Below are positions 1 through 10,684 of a stretch of 64,000 nucleotides of DNA, piece after piece (position 1 is the stretch's first letter; every line of letters begins with the position of its first letter). A program made the position numbers and the translations under genes. Origin of the DNA: Pseudomonadales bacterium (GTDB lineage Bacteria; Pseudomonadota; Gammaproteobacteria; Pseudomonadales; IMCC2047); assembly GCA_041395865.1 (NCBI GenBank), contig JAWKZQ010000005.1, forward strand, positions 1,679-65,678, in the 5' to 3' direction. The notes under the pieces are model-generated. The model searched no databases, had not been told where the DNA came from, and saw only the letters and a program-made list of their open reading frames with translations.

Positions 1-78
1 TCTTTTTACGGCATCGGTTTTCGACTCTACTTCATTTCCCCGGAAGTGCGGGAAATGCTGGAGTCCTGTGTTGATTGA
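1..78 (+). CDS. 3' end of an unidentified CDS running off the left edge
   Basis: Frame 1 is open from nt 1 to TGA at 76-78 (...SPEVREMLESCVD*). Too short to identify. Confidence 0.25.
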   Translation, partial: SFYGIGFRLYFISPEVREMLESCVD

Positions 79-113
79 GTTTGGCCGTTCGATAGGCGGG
101 GTAACGGGGTAAG

Positions 114-1622
114 GTGACAGGTGTGCAGCGTAGCGGAGTCTTTCGCGGTGTGACTATTGTGCTTGCTTTGGTGCTGGCGCTGGCGGGCGTTCTGTTCGTT
201 AAAGCCCTTTTTTACTCGGCGCCTTCGACTTCGATTGAGGCGGTTGATCGGGTTGATGTGCCGGCCGGTGCAGCCAGCCGGCTTTCCGAAGCAATCCGGA
301 TTCAGACTATCTCCGCATTACCGGATGAAGCGGTTCGGAAAGCCCGGTTCCAGGCATTCCAGGCGTTTCTGGAAAAGGCATACCCGCTTGTGCATGCTGC
401 GTTGACGGTGGAAAAACTCAACGAGTTTGGTTTGCTCTATGCGTGGAAGGGAAAGAATCCAGGTTTAAAACCGATACTGCTTCTCTCGCATCAGGATGTG
501 GTTCCGGTCGAAGAGGGAACCGAGGCGGATTGGACATATCCGCCCTTTTCCGGCGCAATTGAAGAGGGTTTTATCTGGGGGCGCGGTGCCTGGGATGACA
601 AGAGCACACTGCTGGCTTCACTGGAAGCCCTGGAAAAGATGCTGGCGGAAGGCCGGCAACCTGAACGAACTCTCATGCTTGCCTTTGGTCATGATGAGGA
701 GGTGGGTGGCCGGCAGGGTGCCGGAGAAATCGCCAAATACCTTGAAAATCAGGGCGTGCAATTCGAGTTTGTTCTCGATGAGGGCGGCGTTATCGGCAAG
801 GGGCTGGTGCCTGGCGTCGCGCAACCGGTTGCGCTTATTGGCACGGCTGAAAAAGGCTACCTGACGTTGGAGTTGAGTGCCGAAGGGCCTGGGGGGCATT
901 CGTCAATGCCGCCAAGCATCACGGCAATCGGCCGTTTGGCCAGGGCGATCGACCGGTTGCAGAGCAAGCCTTTTCCGGCACGATTGACGGAACCGGTCAG
1001 GGGAATGCTTGATTCGCTTGGGCCTCATATGCCCTGGCAAAAAAGGCTGGTACTGGCCAACCTGTGGCTATTCGAACCCCTGGTTGTCTCGCAAATGGCT
1101 GCGGGGCACTCGACCCAGGCTCATGTCAGAACAACAACGGCGCCCACCATCCTGGATGCCGGCGTAAAAGAAAATGTATTGCCCCAGTCGGCCAGTGCGA
1201 CCATCAATTTTAGGTTGTTGCCTGGCGAAACCCGGGAGAGTGCGATTGAGACCGTCAAGCGCACGATTCGGGATGAGCGTGTGGCCGTGCGGGAAACGGG
1301 CCAGATAGGTGCGGAACCGTCAGCGGTTTCCAGCGGCGAATCCTACGGTTTCAAGGCGTTGCTGACTGCCATCCGGCAAACGAACGGGGATGTGCTGGTT
1401 TCGCCGGCGTTGTTATTTGGGGCAACAGACTCGCGTTATTATGCCGGCGTGACGGAGAGTATTTTCCGTTATACGCCCATCCGTATTGGCAAGGGCGATG
1501 TGAAACGGATTCACGGCACCAATGAACGTATCGCGGTGCCTGATTACGAGAATGCGATCCGCTTTTACTACCAGCTGTTGCTTAATACGGTAATTAACCC
1601 TAAACCCTCGGCTGACGGATAA
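114..1622 (+). CDS. M20/M25/M40 family metallopeptidase (carboxypeptidase S-like), membrane anchored
   Basis: 502-aa ORF with GTG start. N-terminal hydrophobic anchor, then M20 metal-ligand signatures (SHQDVVPV, WDDK, GHDEEVGG). Confidence 0.8.
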   Translation: MTGVQRSGVFRGVTIVLALVLALAGVLFVKALFYSAPSTSIEAVDRVDVPAGAASRLSEAIRIQTISALPDEAVRKARFQAFQAFLEKAYPLVHAALTVEKLNEFGLLYAWKGKNPGLKPILLLSHQDVVPVEEGTEADWTYPPFSGAIEEGFIWGRGAWDDKSTLLASLEALEKMLAEGRQPERTLMLAFGHDEEVGGRQGAGEIAKYLENQGVQFEFVLDEGGVIGKGLVPGVAQPVALIGTAEKGYLTLELSAEGPGGHSSMPPSITAIGRLARAIDRLQSKPFPARLTEPVRGMLDSLGPHMPWQKRLVLANLWLFEPLVVSQMAAGHSTQAHVRTTTAPTILDAGVKENVLPQSASATINFRLLPGETRESAIETVKRTIRDERVAVRETGQIGAEPSAVSSGESYGFKALLTAIRQTNGDVLVSPALLFGATDSRYYAGVTESIFRYTPIRIGKGDVKRIHGTNERIAVPDYENAIRFYYQLLLNTVINPKPSADG

Positions 1623-1631
1623 TTCTGGCCC

Positions 1632-2864
1632 GTGCTTTCCCATATTTGGTTTTTCTTCTTCCTGATCGCCTTTGTTTGTGGTCTTTATCAGTGGCTGGTG
1701 CTGGGCAACGGCGAGATTTTCTCCGACCTGATTGGTGCTACCTTTGATATGTCCAGGCTCAGTGTTGAAATTGCGCTGGGGCTGGTGGGGGTGCTGTGCC
1801 TGTGGCTGGGTTTTTTCAAGGTGGCTGAGCGGGCCGGCGTGGTTGCGGTCGTCGCGCGTTGGCTTGGCCCTCTTTTTGAGCGGCTGATGCCCGATGTTCC
1901 CAAAGGGCATGCTGCGGTGGGGTCGGTGACCATGAACCTGGGCGCCAACGTGCTGGGGCTGGATAATGCTGCCACGCCGATAGGTCTTAAGGCGATGAAG
2001 GACTTGCAGTCGTTGAATACCCGGACGCCCGATACGGCAACGAATGCGCAAATTCTGTTTTTGGTGCTGAATACTTCATCGGTAACCCTGTTGCCGGTAA
2101 CGGTATTTTTGTACCGTGCCCAGCAGGGAGCGCCTGAACCGGCTTCCGTCTTTCTCCCCATTCTGTTGGCGACGACTGCTTCGACGCTGGTCGGCGTAGC
2201 TGCCGTGGCCTGGTTACAGAAACTCAGGTTATGGGACCGGGTGGTGATGCTTTATGTGGCGGGCTTCGTGTTGCTGCTATCCAGCCTTATGTATGGGCTG
2301 ACGCAGCTGCCTGCCGAGGCGATGGCCGCGACCTCCACCCTGGCGGGTAATTTGACCTTGATGTGCGTCATTATGCTGTTTCTGGGGGTGGCCTACGTCA
2401 AAAGGATAGATGTCTACGAAGCCTTTGTGACCGGCGCCAAACAAGGCTTTGGCGTGGCGTTGAAGATTATTCCTTATTTAGTGGCAATGCTGGTGGCCAT
2501 TGGCGTTTTTCGGGCCAGCGGCGCGCTTGACGGGTTGCTATATGGACTTGAGCGGGTTGTGGCCGGGCTCGGTTTTAATACCGACTTCGTTGCCGCCCTG
2601 CCCACGGCCTTTATGAAACCGCTCAGTGGTAGTGGCGCCCGTGCCATGATGCTGGAAACCATGAACACCTATGGTGTCGATTCCTTCCCGGCACTGGTTT
2701 CCGCCACGATTCAAGGCAGTACTGAAACCACCTTCTATGTGCTGGTGGTGTATTTTGGTAGTGTGGGTATCCGGAAGGTGCGACACGCCATCGCCTGCGG
2801 GCTGGTCGCAGATTTAGCGGGTATCGTGACCGCCATCGCAGCGGCGTACTGGTTTTTCTATTAA
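1632..2864 (+). CDS. Nucleoside-recognition (Gate) domain membrane protein, fused SpmA/SpmB-like
   Basis: 410-aa polytopic membrane ORF. Overall pattern resembles SpmA/SpmB-type nucleoside recognition domain proteins. GTG start 10 nt after the previous stop. Confidence 0.6.
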   Translation: MLSHIWFFFFLIAFVCGLYQWLVLGNGEIFSDLIGATFDMSRLSVEIALGLVGVLCLWLGFFKVAERAGVVAVVARWLGPLFERLMPDVPKGHAAVGSVTMNLGANVLGLDNAATPIGLKAMKDLQSLNTRTPDTATNAQILFLVLNTSSVTLLPVTVFLYRAQQGAPEPASVFLPILLATTASTLVGVAAVAWLQKLRLWDRVVMLYVAGFVLLLSSLMYGLTQLPAEAMAATSTLAGNLTLMCVIMLFLGVAYVKRIDVYEAFVTGAKQGFGVALKIIPYLVAMLVAIGVFRASGALDGLLYGLERVVAGLGFNTDFVAALPTAFMKPLSGSGARAMMLETMNTYGVDSFPALVSATIQGSTETTFYVLVVYFGSVGIRKVRHAIACGLVADLAGIVTAIAAAYWFFY

Positions 2865-2876
2865 GAGAGATGTGAC

Positions 2877-3218
2877 ATGACAGAAACCCTGTTTACCAAG
2901 ATTATCGAGCGTGAAATTCCGGCGGACATTGTTTACGAGGACGACACGTGCCTCGCCTTTCGGGATATTAATCCCAAGGCGCCGATGCATATCCTGGTTA
3001 TCCCGAAAAAGGTGATTCCACGCCTGGCGGATGCCGAAGAAAGCGATGAGCGCCTGTTAGGCCACCTGATGACAACAGCGGCAAAGATTGCCGATGACGA
3101 AGGCTATGGCGATGCGTTTCGTACTGTGATTAATAACGGCGAAGCGGTGGGGCAGACGGTGTTCCACCTGCATATCCATATTCTGGGTGGGCGTGACTTT
3201 ATGTGGCCGCCGGGCTAA
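2877..3218 (+). CDS. HIT (histidine triad) family nucleotide-binding protein
   Basis: 113 aa. Histidine-triad motif HLHIHILGG near the C-terminus. Confidence 0.9.
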   Translation: MTETLFTKIIEREIPADIVYEDDTCLAFRDINPKAPMHILVIPKKVIPRLADAEESDERLLGHLMTTAAKIADDEGYGDAFRTVINNGEAVGQTVFHLHIHILGGRDFMWPPG

Positions 3219-3273
3219 CGCCAGGCGCGTTTCTCCCTGCGCATGCTTGTGCGCAGGGGGAGCGCTTGGCCGT

Positions 3274-4842
3274 TTAGTGGCGGAAATGACGCATGCCGGT
3301 AAAGACCATGGCTATGCCGTGCGCGTTGGCGGCCGCGATCACTTCCTCATCGCGCATGGAGCCGCCGGGATGAATGATGGCGGTAATGCCTTCGGCGGCG
3401 GCTGCATCAATGCTGTCGCGGAACGGAAAGAACGCATCCGAAGCCATCACTGAGCCTGCAACCGTTAGGTCCTCATCCTGAGCTTTAATAGCGGCAATCT
3501 TGGCACTGTAAACCCGGCTCATCTGGCCGGCGCCGATACCGATAGTCCGGCCGTTGCGGGCATAGACGATGGCGTTGGATTTCACGAACTTGGCCACTTC
3601 CCAGGCAAACAGCAGGTCTGCCAGTTCCTGCTCGTTCGGTGCACGTTCGCTCACGACCTTCAGCTCATCTTCGTTGACCATGCCCATATCCGCGTCCTGT
3701 ACCAGCAGGCCGCCTTTCACGCGTTTGAAATCCAGGCTCGGCACGCGGTTTTCCCAGCTGCCGCAGGCCAATACGCGCACGTTAGCTTTTGCGGACAGGA
3801 CTTCGCGGGCACCCGCGCTAACCGCGGGAGCAATAATGACCTCCACAAACTGGCGATCAATAATGGCTGTGGCGGTGTTTTCGTCAAGCTCGCGGTTAAA
3901 GGCGATGATGCCGCCGAAGGCGGAGGTTGGATCTGTTGTGTAGGCTTGGTTGTACGCATCAAGGATGTCGGCGCCCAGGGCTACGCCACAGGGGTTGGCA
4001 TGCTTGACGATAACACAGGCGGGTTCCGCAAAGGGTTTCACGCATTCCAGTGCGGTGTCGGTGTCGGCAACGTTATTGAAGGATAATTCCTTGCCTTGAA
4101 ACTGAACGGCCGTTGAAACACAGGCTTCGGCAGGCGTGGCTTCGGTATAAAAGGCCGCGCGCTGGTGGGGGTTCTCACCGTAACGCATATCCTGCACTTT
4201 AATGTACTGGGCATTGAACGTGCGCGGGAAGGTCGCGGTTTCATCGCCAAGGCGGCAGCCCAGGTAGTTGGCAATGGCGCCATCGTATTGCGCTGTGTGT
4301 TCAAAGGCTTTGACGGCTAAATCAAAGCGAGTGGCGTGGCTGATTGCGCCATTGTTTGCGTTCATTTCATTGAGTACGGCGTCGTAATCGCAGGCATTGA
4401 CGATAATGCCGACGTCGGCGTGGTTCTTGGCGGCGGCACGAACCATGGTAGGGCCGCCAATATCAATGTTCTCAATGGCCGTTTCCAGGTCGCAGTCAGG
4501 GTTGGCGACAGTTTCCTGGAAGGGGTACAGATTGACCACCACCATATCAATGGGAGGGATATCGTTTTCCGCCATCACGTCGTCGTCAGTGCCGCGACGA
4601 CCCAGGATGCCGCCATGGATTTTGGGGTGCAGGGTTTTGACGCGCCCGGCCATCATTTCGGCAAAGCCGGTGTAATCCGAGACTTCGACAACCTCAACGC
4701 CATTCTCTTTAAGTAGTTTGTAGGTGCCGCCGGTGGATAGCACTTCCACGCCGTGGCCGGTCAGGCCCTTGGCAAATTGAACAATACCTGATTTATCGGA
4801 AACGCTAATGAGTGCGCGGCGAATGGTACGAAAATCCGTCAT
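3274..4842 (-). CDS. purH: Bifunctional AICAR formyltransferase / IMP cyclohydrolase
   Basis: 522 aa with full-length PurH-like sequence: N-terminal MGS-like domain (RALISVSDK), AICARFT domain, and C-terminal ...FTGMRHFRH. Confidence 0.95.
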   Translation of the reverse strand: MTDFRTIRRALISVSDKSGIVQFAKGLTGHGVEVLSTGGTYKLLKENGVEVVEVSDYTGFAEMMAGRVKTLHPKIHGGILGRRGTDDDVMAENDIPPIDMVVVNLYPFQETVANPDCDLETAIENIDIGGPTMVRAAAKNHADVGIIVNACDYDAVLNEMNANNGAISHATRFDLAVKAFEHTAQYDGAIANYLGCRLGDETATFPRTFNAQYIKVQDMRYGENPHQRAAFYTEATPAEACVSTAVQFQGKELSFNNVADTDTALECVKPFAEPACVIVKHANPCGVALGADILDAYNQAYTTDPTSAFGGIIAFNRELDENTATAIIDRQFVEVIIAPAVSAGAREVLSAKANVRVLACGSWENRVPSLDFKRVKGGLLVQDADMGMVNEDELKVVSERAPNEQELADLLFAWEVAKFVKSNAIVYARNGRTIGIGAGQMSRVYSAKIAAIKAQDEDLTVAGSVMASDAFFPFRDSIDAAAAEGITAIIHPGGSMRDEEVIAAANAHGIAMVFTGMRHFRH

Positions 4843-4947
4843 AACGTATGGCTAACCTTTGTGTTTGCTTTGCCGGTCCGCTGGCTGTGGATGGTGAGGC
4901 AATCCCTATTGCCTGAAAGGGGTTATTTAAAGTGTTTGGCTGGGAAT

Positions 4948-5217
4948 TTACAAGAGATCGTACTGCTTAAGTTTCTTGCGCAGGGTGCCGCGGTTAATGC
5001 CAAGAATTTCAGACGCTTTGGACTGGTTGTCGCGTGAATGTCTCATGACGACATCCAGTAGCGGCGCTTCCACTTCGGCCATGACCATTTCGTACAGGTT
5101 TGACGCGGGCTGGCCGTCGAGATCGGCAAAGAAGGTATCCATGGCTTTTTCTACACACTCTTTGAGCGTGGGTTGTTGCTTTACGGGCTGCATGTTTTTG
5201 TTATCGTCGTGTCCCAT
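4948..5217 (-). CDS. fis: DNA-binding protein Fis
   Basis: 89 aa. C-terminal HTH ...[23 protein letters not shown]. Lies directly downstream of dusB, as in other gammaproteobacteria. Confidence 0.9.
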   Translation of the reverse strand: MGHDDNKNMQPVKQQPTLKECVEKAMDTFFADLDGQPASNLYEMVMAEVEAPLLDVVMRHSRDNQSKASEILGINRGTLRKKLKQYDLL

Positions 5218-5254
5218 GAGTCTTATCCATTAACTTTCTGGTTTACACCTGGTG

Positions 5255-6244
5255 TCAGGCTGCCAGCCTTAGGTTAGGGTCCAGTGACTGAAAATAATGA
5301 TTAATAAAGTCCAATTGCTGTTCAGTTTCCTGCAGCTGATTAAAGGCTTTTTTCTGGGCAGGTCCCTGGGGTAATTTGTCCAGATACCAGCCGATGTGTT
5401 TGCGGGCTATGCGAACACCCAGAAAAGGTCCGTAGAAGTCATGCAGGGTACGTATGTGTAAATGTACCGTCCGCGAGACTTCGCCGATGGTTGGTTTGGG
5501 GAGGGCCAATCCGGTTTTCAGGTAATGATTGATTTCGCTGAAAATCCAGGGCGCCCCATGAGCGGCGCGTCCCACCATAATGGCCGCAGCGCCTGTGCGC
5601 TTAAGTACAAAGCTGGCTTTTTCGGCGCTGGTGATGTCGCCGTTGGCGATGACCGGGATATGGCTCTGTTGGACAACTTCGGCGATGGTGTCGTACTCGG
5701 CGTCACCGTTATATCGGCAGGCGCGGGTTCGGCCATGGATCGTGAGCGCCTGGATGCCACATTGTTCGGCGATGCGTGCTACGGTCAATGCGTTGCGGGT
5801 TTCAGGGCACCAGCCGGTGCGTATTTTCAGGGTGACAGGAACGTCAACAGCATTTACCACGGCTTCAAGGATGTTTCCGACCAGTTTTTCGTCGCGTAAC
5901 AGGGCGGAACCGGCGGCTTTGTTACATACCTTCTTGGCCGGGCAGCCCATATTGATGTCGATAATCTGGGCGCCATTTTCAACGTTTGCCTGGGCTGCCG
6001 AGGCCATCATCTCCGGATCGGCTCCGGCAATTTGCACGGAGCGGGGGGCGGTTTCCCCGCTGTGATCAAGTCGCTGCCGGGATTTTCTGGAGTTCCAGAG
6101 GCGTTGATCCGATGTCACCATTTCGGAAACGGCCAGACCGGCGCCGAAATCTCTGCACAGGTTGCGGAAAGGGCGATCGGTTACCCCGGCCATTGGCGCG
6201 AGAACCGTATGAGATGACAAACTGTAGGGGCCGATGCTGATCAC
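5255..6244 (-). CDS. dusB: tRNA-dihydrouridine synthase B
   Basis: 329 aa. Dus family TIM-barrel signatures (LAPMAGVTD, DINMGCPAKKV, HGRT). dusB-fis operon arrangement. Confidence 0.92.
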   Translation of the reverse strand: MISIGPYSLSSHTVLAPMAGVTDRPFRNLCRDFGAGLAVSEMVTSDQRLWNSRKSRQRLDHSGETAPRSVQIAGADPEMMASAAQANVENGAQIIDINMGCPAKKVCNKAAGSALLRDEKLVGNILEAVVNAVDVPVTLKIRTGWCPETRNALTVARIAEQCGIQALTIHGRTRACRYNGDAEYDTIAEVVQQSHIPVIANGDITSAEKASFVLKRTGAAAIMVGRAAHGAPWIFSEINHYLKTGLALPKPTIGEVSRTVHLHIRTLHDFYGPFLGVRIARKHIGWYLDKLPQGPAQKKAFNQLQETEQQLDFINHYFQSLDPNLRLAA

Positions 6245-6382
6245 GATAGCAGATGGGTGTAGTTGATAAGGACAACCCGAGCCGTAAATTCAGGCCGGCC
6301 GGAAATAATAACGTGGCCCCCCGTTCGGATAAAGAGCTAGTTGATACTTTTATGATCTAAGGCAGGATTGTGACAGACACAT

Positions 6383-7252
6383 TCAGGAGGCCGGGGTGAG
6401 GTTAATGCTGTAGTTTACGGCTTTGCTGCCCGGATCAAGAATGGCAAACGAGAGGTGGACAGGTGTTTTGGAGGGCATCGGCGGCGGGTATTTCAGGTGT
6501 TGCCCAAGGTATTCCTCCGGTTGGAGCAGGCGTTGGGCGATGGGCTGGCCATTCATCGAATAAAAAGTCATATCAAGCAGGGGTAAAGGTTGGGCTTGGC
6601 TGGCCAGGTTATTGATGATCATATCAACGATCAACACGTTGTCGTAGTCCGGGTGGGTTTTGATTGCCAGGCGTTCGGTCTTGATCAGGCTGACATTTTG
6701 GTAAGGCGGCAGTTTACAGTTCAGTACTTTGCAGGCATTCACATACAGGTTATGCCAGGGCGCTTTGTAGGCGTTGCTTTCAAAATGAAAGGTCAGCCAT
6801 TGCGCGAACAGGCCGAAAGCGGCCAGCAGGCTTAAACAGGTCCATTTTAGCGACAGGCGCTGACCCCGTGTTGTTTCAGGCTTAACAAGATCGCTAATGG
6901 AGCTGCTTGCGATTTGCAATTGCTCGATATCATCGGGTGAGGGTAACTGTTCGCTGGAGAAATAATTGGTCTTGGCCTGTGTGCGAGCCTGGTTTGGGTC
7001 AGGCTCTGGCGAGGTGTCTACCGCTTCGTCCGTTTCCGGGAGCGCCTGTTCTTCATGGACACTGCTACGGCCAAAGGTTTTGTCGGCGGGGCTGCCTTCT
7101 CCCTGGCTGTATGCTACGCCTTCGTTCGAGGCGTCGAATACCTTATAGCAAACGCCGCAGCGTACTTCGCCGCCGGCCGCCGCCAGGTGATCCTGCTGGA
7201 TGCGGAACAGGGTTTGGCAGTGAGGGCATTTGGTGAGCAGCGAATCGTCCAT
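6383..7252 (-). CDS. Zinc-ribbon (MJ0042-type) / DUF3426-like membrane protein
   Basis: 289 aa. N-terminal CPHC...CGVC zinc ribbon, acidic/Pro-rich linker, one TM helix, and a C-terminal beta-rich domain. Confidence 0.6.
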   Translation of the reverse strand: MDDSLLTKCPHCQTLFRIQQDHLAAAGGEVRCGVCYKVFDASNEGVAYSQGEGSPADKTFGRSSVHEEQALPETDEAVDTSPEPDPNQARTQAKTNYFSSEQLPSPDDIEQLQIASSSISDLVKPETTRGQRLSLKWTCLSLLAAFGLFAQWLTFHFESNAYKAPWHNLYVNACKVLNCKLPPYQNVSLIKTERLAIKTHPDYDNVLIVDMIINNLASQAQPLPLLDMTFYSMNGQPIAQRLLQPEEYLGQHLKYPPPMPSKTPVHLSFAILDPGSKAVNYSINLTPAS

Positions 7253-7291
7253 AAAGCAGGTGGCCAGGCAAGTAATTTAACGAGTATAGCG

Positions 7292-8173
7292 TTATGTGTG
7301 TTTAGTGCCTACTAAACGCACCCAGCCATCAAGCTCGGCAACCGGTTCAAAATCAAAACGCTCGCGGTAGGCGTTCATGACCATCTGGGACTGGCTGCTG
7401 AGGATGCCTGAGAGGACAAGCTGGCCACCGGGTCTTACCCGCGCACCAATGGCTTCGCTGAGCTCAACCAGCGGGCCTGCCAGGATATTGGCGATCACTG
7501 TTTGCGCCTGTTGGTCGGGCGCTGCGGTTGGCAGGAATACCTGGTAGCGGTTTTCGCCAATTCCGTTCTGCTCGGCATTCTGGCGTGTTGCTATTAACGC
7601 CTGGGGGTCGATATCGATACCCAGCATGGATTCTGCGCCCAGCAAAAGGGCGGCGATCCCAAGGACGCCGGAGCCGCAACCGTAATCAATAACCACTTGA
7701 TCCTTGGGTGGGTTTGCATCGAGCCACTGAAGGCAAAGGGCTGTGGTGGCATGGGTGCCGGTGCCAAAGGCCAGTCCTGGGTCGAGCATCAGGTTTACGG
7801 CATCAGGCTGAGGCGGTTTTGTCCAGCTGGGGCAAATCCAAAGGCGTGTGCCGAATTGCATGGGTTGAAACTGGTCCATCCACTCGCGAATCCAATCCTT
7901 GTCTTCCAATATTTCTGTGCGGTGTTTGGGTAACGTATCGCCAAAGGTGCTTTCGAGTTGTGCAACGACTGAATCCATTGGCGCGTCGGCAGGAAAAAGC
8001 CCGACCAGTCGCACCGCATCCCAGATAGGTGTTTCGCCGGGACCTGGCTCCAATAGCGGTTGGTCGCCTGCGTCTACAAAAGTGACAGATAACGCGCCAA
8101 GCTCCAGTAGAGCGTCTTCCAATGCTTCACATTGGTCGCGTGAAGTTTCGAGGATAATTTGAATCCAGTGCAT
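7292..8173 (-). CDS. prmA: Ribosomal protein L11 methyltransferase
   Basis: 293 aa. PrmA N-domain plus SAM-binding motif VIDYGCGSGVLGIAA. Confidence 0.92.
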   Translation of the reverse strand: MHWIQIILETSRDQCEALEDALLELGALSVTFVDAGDQPLLEPGPGETPIWDAVRLVGLFPADAPMDSVVAQLESTFGDTLPKHRTEILEDKDWIREWMDQFQPMQFGTRLWICPSWTKPPQPDAVNLMLDPGLAFGTGTHATTALCLQWLDANPPKDQVVIDYGCGSGVLGIAALLLGAESMLGIDIDPQALIATRQNAEQNGIGENRYQVFLPTAAPDQQAQTVIANILAGPLVELSEAIGARVRPGGQLVLSGILSSQSQMVMNAYRERFDFEPVAELDGWVRLVGTKHT

Positions 8174-8193
8174 TTTGATTGCCTATAAACAGA

Positions 8194-8216
8194 CAGGGCA
8201 GCCGTTGGCTGCCCTG
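8194..8216 (-). terminator. Hairpin downstream of accC (putative intrinsic terminator)
   Basis: Perfect 10-bp inverted repeat CAGGGCAGCC / GGCTGCCCTG with a 3-nt spacer. On the minus strand it is followed by UCUGUUUAU. Confidence 0.55.
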
Positions 8217-8235
8217 AGGAAAAACGCTGGGGCGA

Positions 8236-9576
8236 TTACAGCCCCAGTTTCTTCTCGAGATAGTGGATGTTGGTGCCACCATCCTGGAAGTGAGAATCAT
8301 CCATGATCAGCTTCTGCAGTGCAATGTTTGTGCTGATGCCATCGATAATCATCTCCTCCAGCGCGTTACGCATTCTCAAGATCGCCAGTTCGCGGGTTTC
8401 CGCGAAGGAAATCAGCTTGCCGATCATTGAATCGTAATAGGGAGGAACCTTGTAACCGCTGTAGATGTGAGAATCGACGCGAATACCGGTGCCGCCTGGC
8501 ATATGGACCATATTGATCGTGCCGGGCGAAGGCAGGAAGGTTTTAGGGTCTTCGGCGTTGATGCGACACTCAATGGAGTGGCCGTGGAACTTGATGTCAT
8601 CCTGGGTTACGCTCAGTTTTTCGCCACCGGCGATACGCAGCTGCTCCTTGATGATGTCAAAACCGGTAACCATTTCTGAAACCGGGTGCTCCACCTGAAC
8701 GCGGGTGTTCATTTCAATGAAGTAGAAACGTCCGTCCTCGTAGAGGAATTCGAAGGTGCCTGCGCCGCGATAGCCGATGTTGATACAGGCGTCCACACAG
8801 GACTTGAAGACCTGCTGGCGAGCCTCTTCGTCAACGCCCGGTGCAGGCGCTTCCTCGACAACCTTTTGGTGGCGGCGCTGCATGGAGCAATCGCGGTCAC
8901 CCAGGTGAATAGCGTTGCCCTGTCCGTCAGCAATGACCTGAACTTCCACGTGGCGTGGGTTTTCGAGGAATTTTTCCAGGTAAACGGTATCGTCGCCGAA
9001 GGCGGCTTTCGCTTCAGCCTGGGTAATATGCTTGGATTTGAGCAGCACCGCTTCCGTATGAACGGTACGCATGCCGCGACCGCCACCACCGGCGGCGGCT
9101 TTGATGATGACCGGATAGCCGATTTCGCGGGCGATGCGCAGGGTGCGCTCGTCGTCATCGGTCAGCGGGCCGTTTGAGCCGGGAACCGTGGGGACGTTGG
9201 CCTTGATCATGGCCTTAATGGCTTCCACCTTGTCGCCCATCATACGGATGGTATCGGCTTTAGGGCCTACGAAGGTAAAGCCGCTGGTTTCAACCCGCTC
9301 GGCGAAGTCGGCATTTTCTGCCAGGAAGCCGTACCCGGGGTGAATAGCGCTGGCATCCGTGACTTCAGCGGCACTGATGATCGCAGGAATGTTCAGGTAA
9401 CTTCCACTGGACGGGTTGGGGCCGATACAGACCGTTTCGTCAGCCAGGCGAACGTGCAGCAGATCCGCGTCGGCAATGGAGTGAACGGCAACGGTTTTGA
9501 TGCCCAGCTCTTTACAGGCGCGCAAAATACGCAGCGCAATCTCGCCACGGTTCGCAATGAGAACTTTGTCTAGCAT
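8236..9576 (-). CDS. accC: Acetyl-CoA carboxylase, biotin carboxylase subunit
   Basis: 446 aa. ATP-grasp biotin carboxylase ([17 protein letters not shown]..., [22 protein letters not shown]). Confidence 0.97.
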   Translation of the reverse strand: MLDKVLIANRGEIALRILRACKELGIKTVAVHSIADADLLHVRLADETVCIGPNPSSGSYLNIPAIISAAEVTDASAIHPGYGFLAENADFAERVETSGFTFVGPKADTIRMMGDKVEAIKAMIKANVPTVPGSNGPLTDDDERTLRIAREIGYPVIIKAAAGGGGRGMRTVHTEAVLLKSKHITQAEAKAAFGDDTVYLEKFLENPRHVEVQVIADGQGNAIHLGDRDCSMQRRHQKVVEEAPAPGVDEEARQQVFKSCVDACINIGYRGAGTFEFLYEDGRFYFIEMNTRVQVEHPVSEMVTGFDIIKEQLRIAGGEKLSVTQDDIKFHGHSIECRINAEDPKTFLPSPGTINMVHMPGGTGIRVDSHIYSGYKVPPYYDSMIGKLISFAETRELAILRMRNALEEMIIDGISTNIALQKLIMDDSHFQDGGTNIHYLEKKLGL

Positions 9577-9602
9577 GTGATGATAACCTCTGTATGGGTG
9601 GA

Positions 9603-10064
9603 TTAACCGATAACAACCAGAGGCTGATCGAATTCAACTGGCTCGCCATCCTCTACCAGGATGGCTTTGATAACGCCGCTCTTGTCGGCTTCGATCTGGT
9701 TCATCATTTTCATGGCTTCTACGATACACACAGTATCGCCTGCAGAAACGGTTTGGCCAACTTCTGCGAAAGGCGCTGCGCCGGGTGCGGGTGAGCGGTA
9801 GAAGGTGCCCACCATCGGTGAGTTTACGGTATGGCCGGCAGGTGTTGATGGCGCTGCTTCTGCAGGAGCGCTTTCGGCCGCTGGGGCTGGTGCGGGGGCA
9901 GCAGCTGGAGCGATTGGGGCCGGTGCGTAAACGGGTGCAATAGCGTTGGCAACACCGGAGCGACGGCTGATGCGAACGGACTCTTCACCTTCGCTGATCT
10001 CGATTTCTTCTACATCTGATTCTTCGATGAGCTCGATCAGCTTTTTGATTTTGCGTATATCCAT
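9603..10064 (-). CDS. accB: Acetyl-CoA carboxylase biotin carboxyl carrier protein
   Basis: 153 aa. Ala/Pro-rich linker and biotinylation motif EAMKMMN. Confidence 0.95.
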   Translation of the reverse strand: MDIRKIKKLIELIEESDVEEIEISEGEESVRISRRSGVANAIAPVYAPAPIAPAAAPAPAPAAESAPAEAAPSTPAGHTVNSPMVGTFYRSPAPGAAPFAEVGQTVSAGDTVCIVEAMKMMNQIEADKSGVIKAILVEDGEPVEFDQPLVVIG

Positions 10065-10082
10065 GACCTTGTCTCTTGTTAG

Positions 10083-10529
10083 TTATGCATTAATTTGAAG
10101 TTGTTTAATGGCCGCCTGCAGGGCAAGTTCGTAACCTTGGGTGCCGAGCCCGCAGATAACGCCCTGGGCAATATCTGAAAAGTAAGAGTGGCTGCGGAAT
10201 TCCTCACGTTGGTGCACATTGGAAATGTGGACTTCAATAAAAGGGATGTTCACGCCCAGCAGTGCATCGCGCAGGGCAACGCTGCTGTGGGTAAAGGCAG
10301 CCGGGTTGAAAATAATGAAGTTGACGCCCTCATTGCGAGCATCGTGGATTCGGTCAATCAGCTCATATTCGGCATTGCTTTGTAGCGTTAGCAGGTGATG
10401 ACCTGCTTCCAGCGCCTGTTTGGAAAGTTGCTGATTGATGTCGTCGAGGGTGGTTGCGCCGTAGATTTCTGGCTCGCGAGTTCCCAGCAGGTTCAGGTTC
10501 GGTCCGTTCAGTACCAGGATTGTCGCCAT
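10083..10529 (-). CDS. aroQ: Type II 3-dehydroquinate dehydratase
   Basis: AroQ sequence ([30 protein letters not shown]). The ORF extends to 10556, but the ATG at 10529 (MATILVLNG) matches the usual N-terminus. Confidence 0.9.
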   Translation of the reverse strand: MATILVLNGPNLNLLGTREPEIYGATTLDDINQQLSKQALEAGHHLLTLQSNAEYELIDRIHDARNEGVNFIIFNPAAFTHSSVALRDALLGVNIPFIEVHISNVHQREEFRSHSYFSDIAQGVICGLGTQGYELALQAAIKQLQINA

Positions 10530-10684
10530 ATCGGCTGCTTTGCCCCCATTTTGCATACGATTGGTGTAAAACTTACCTTGCAGTCAAGTTTTGCGTATTT
10601 TGCCTGCATTTTTGGTGTTTTTAAAGGTATTTAGCACAAATATTGTATTTTGCGGCCTTTGTCAAAGTGACATGGTTGCGCAGT

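Noticed and set aside
9840-9960. GC-rich, repetitive-looking DNA (gctggggctggtgcgggggcagcagctggagcg...) that could be mistaken for a tandem repeat.
   Set aside because: It encodes the Ala/Pro-rich flexible linker of AccB ([26 protein letters not shown]), a normal feature of biotin carboxyl carrier proteins.
10587-10653. Short repeats TTTTGC / GTATTTTGC (10587-10603 and 10645-10653) upstream of aroQ-accBC.
   Set aside because: These are very short AT-rich repeats in a promoter-type region, compatible with chance or UP-element-like composition. There is no palindromic structure or known operator match.
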